A DNA stretch of 64,000 nt. Origin: Microcoleus sp. (GTDB lineage: Bacteria; Cyanobacteriota; Cyanobacteriia; Cyanobacteriales; Microcoleaceae). The DNA lies in contig CP181291.1 of assembly GCA_052279835.1 (NCBI GenBank), positions 4,352,001-4,416,000 of the forward strand, given 5' to 3'. The translations under genes and the position numbers were made by a program. Below, piece by piece: positions 62,058 through 64,000 of the stretch (positions are counted from its first letter, which is position 1; the number at the start of each line of letters is the position of its first letter). The notes beneath the pieces are model-generated. The model searched no databases, was not told the origin of the DNA, and saw nothing but the letters and a program-made list of their open reading frames with translations.

Positions 62058-64000
62058 TTAGTTTCCCACGATCACATACCACAAACTTACCATCAGACAC
62101 AAACTAGCTAAATGCTGTGGCATCAAAGATTTAAGGGAGCGCTTGGCAATTTTTTGAGTCACAAATATCGTTACTAACAATCCTACAATTAAAGTTAAGC
62201 CTTGCAAAAAACTAATCACCGCCGGATCGCCGACAAAACTCGGTAAATCCTCTCTAATTTGTCCGAAAGTGGCAAAAGTTACGGGAATCACTCGGCCGCC
62301 TTCCTGCAAACCCAATCGCCAATAGTGAGCCAAACTCCCGCCCCAGACTAGGGGTAAATAACCGTAAGCGAGGGAGACAAATGAGAGAGGTTTATAGGTT
62401 GTAAATGGCATGGTTTCTGCTTTTCCCAATTGATAAATTGCCTGCATGACTGCATAGGCACCAAGGGGAATTAGGGGCGGAATAATTAACAGCGCGATCG
62501 AAAGTCCTAAATGAGGGATAAATTGGTCTAAATTGATGCCTAGTCCTAATAAATCATTAATCTCCGGTAAGCGATGGAGATAGATCCCACCTAATAATAG
62601 AAATAAGAGGGCGACTTCATAACTGTGGGGAACATGGGTAGTCCATAATTCGATGCCGGGGGGGCGGAGATTTAATTCTACCGATCGATGGGGGCAGGCT
62701 TTTAAGCAAGTCATGCACAAGACGCAATCTTTATTATCAGTTAATTGGGCAGGATGGGAATAAATCGGACATCCATTAGTGGTTAATCCTTCTCCCAAGC
62801 CAGGCCCGCCTTTATAACACTGGTAGGTGGTACATTCAGCGGCACAGGTTCCTTGTTGGGCGCGGAGTTCGATAATTGAGAGTTTAGCAAATAAGCCATT
62901 CATGCCCCCGATTGGGCATAAATAACGACACCACAATCGTCGCTCGAAGATTAGGGAAAAAATTACTGCTCCGGCGGTGATGAGTAACAACAAACAACTG
63001 GATAAATAGGCGGTGTTTTCTAAATCCCACAACTCTTCCCACAGAAATATGAGGGTAAATAGTCCGAAGAGAAACCAACCACCCCATTTTTCAGCTTGTT
63101 GGCGCGGCCATTTATGGAGAGTTCGAGGGAAAAGTTTCAGCGACAGTTTTTGGACGATTTCCCCATAAATCATAAACGGGCAAAAAGCGCACCACAAACG
63201 CCCAATCAGGGGAAATAATAATAAAATTAAGGGCCACCACCACGCCCAAAAAATATTGAGGGCAAAATTATGTTGTCTATCTTGGGGGGCGACAAACAGG
63301 ATGATTACCACCAATGCAAATATCCAACTTGTAAACCAATAATTCACGCGATCGGGATACCAATCGCTCCGTAAAAACTGCCGAAATTTAGGATAGATAT
63401 TTAATAAATTCAGCCGAAACTTTTGTTTCTTAGTGGCCTGGGCCCAAAACACTTCTTCTGTTAATACCTGATTTCCCTGTGCTTGAACTAAAGCGCGATC
63501 GACCATTCCTTCTAATTCCCGCAAGTTCCCTGGAAAGTCGTAGGCTTGCAAACGGCGAATAGCTTCCGGCGTGACTTGGGGCTTTTCTAATTTCTTTTGG
63601 CGACAAAGGAGGTTGAGATAATAGTTAACCTGTGCCTCTAAATCTGCTTTCCTGACCCGCAATGAGGGTACTTTAATCTTATGGTATGTCAGTTTATCGA
63701 GCTGGGGTTGAACGCTTTCTGAAATTAAAATTATCCGAGCATTACTAGAACGGGGTGGCGGTGGTATTTGTCCTTCTTTGACTGTTAGTGTATAGGTTCC
63801 ATCAGTTAATAATTGCTGAATTTGAGGGCATAATTGCTCTGGTAATTCTTGGACATCATTTAAAATTAATGTCCCTTCACCCAACCATTCCAAGAGTCCC
63901 GGTTTACCGCCCAAACGCCCGAATAATTCGGCTCCATTTGTCTGAAGCAAGGCACTTTTTAGCTGAATCACTGGCTCGCTGCGGCGATGAGAACCGAAAT
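62058..64000 (-). CDS. Sigma54-interaction AAA domain fused to a NapH/RdxA-like 4Fe-4S membrane domain (5' end outside window)
   Basis: ELFG, LRVRKAD, YDFPGNLREL, WCAFCP, WCRYLCP, CVLCMTCLKACP and multiple TM helices. Confidence 0.85.
   Translation of the reverse strand, partial: FGSHRRSEPVIQLKSALLQTNGAELFGRLGGKPGLLEWLGEGTLILNDVQELPEQLCPQIQQLLTDGTYTLTVKEGQIPPPPRSSNARIILISESVQPQLDKLTYHKIKVPSLRVRKADLEAQVNYYLNLLCRQKKLEKPQVTPEAIRRLQAYDFPGNLRELEGMVDRALVQAQGNQVLTEEVFWAQATKKQKFRLNLLNIYPKFRQFLRSDWYPDRVNYWFTSWIFALVVIILFVAPQDRQHNFALNIFWAWWWPLILLLFPLIGRLWCAFCPFMIYGEIVQKLSLKLFPRTLHKWPRQQAEKWGGWFLFGLFTLIFLWEELWDLENTAYLSSCLLLLITAGAVIFSLIFERRLWCRYLCPIGGMNGLFAKLSIIELRAQQGTCAAECTTYQCYKGGPGLGEGLTTNGCPIYSHPAQLTDNKDCVLCMTCLKACPHRSVELNLRPPGIELWTTHVPHSYEVALLFLLLGGIYLHRLPEINDLLGLGINLDQFIPHLGLSIALLIIPPLIPLGAYAVMQAIYQLGKAETMPFTTYKPLSFVSLAYGYLPLVWGGSLAHYWRLGLQEGGRVIPVTFATFGQIREDLPSFVGDPAVISFLQGLTLIVGLLVTIFVTQKIAKRSLKSLMPQHLASLCLMVSLWYVIVGN

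Overview
Chromosomal window of a filamentous cyanobacterium (Oscillatoriales, Microcoleus/Tychonema-like). The assignment rests on dense HIP1 GCGATCGC sites, heptamer STRR tracts and cyanobacterial genes (psbM, hli, ntrC). Housekeeping genes: gyrA-like, sigA, ntrC, M16 protease pair, pyrE, thiC with a TPP riboswitch, dprA, tolC, psbM, ferredoxin. Surface/secreted proteins: two SdrD-B-like repeat proteins, a 2829-aa DUF4347/FG-GAP/Calx/RTX adhesin next to a GT11, an N-terminal-RTX/Calx protein, and a membrane-anchored coiled coil with seven 147-bp repeats. There is also an orphan BanI-like C5 methyltransferase and a thioesterase/DMT/ATP-grasp cluster. The most unusual signals are non-coding. 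(1) An orphan type I-MYXAN-like CRISPR array whose terminal repeat is split by two independent MITE insertions, one carrying a nested G-rich element. (2) Four TnpB-related loci: one full-length, one truncated element that supplies the stop codon of an hli gene and whose predicted guide is antisense to hli, and two omegaRNA-only remnants of IS607 and IS605 type. (3) A G·U-rich structured leader upstream of a USP gene. (4) A 280-bp duplication creating an in-frame MTase::PyrE chimeric mini-ORF. (5) Palindromic elements translated in frame inside proteins. All family assignments are by eye from motifs; no database searches were run.
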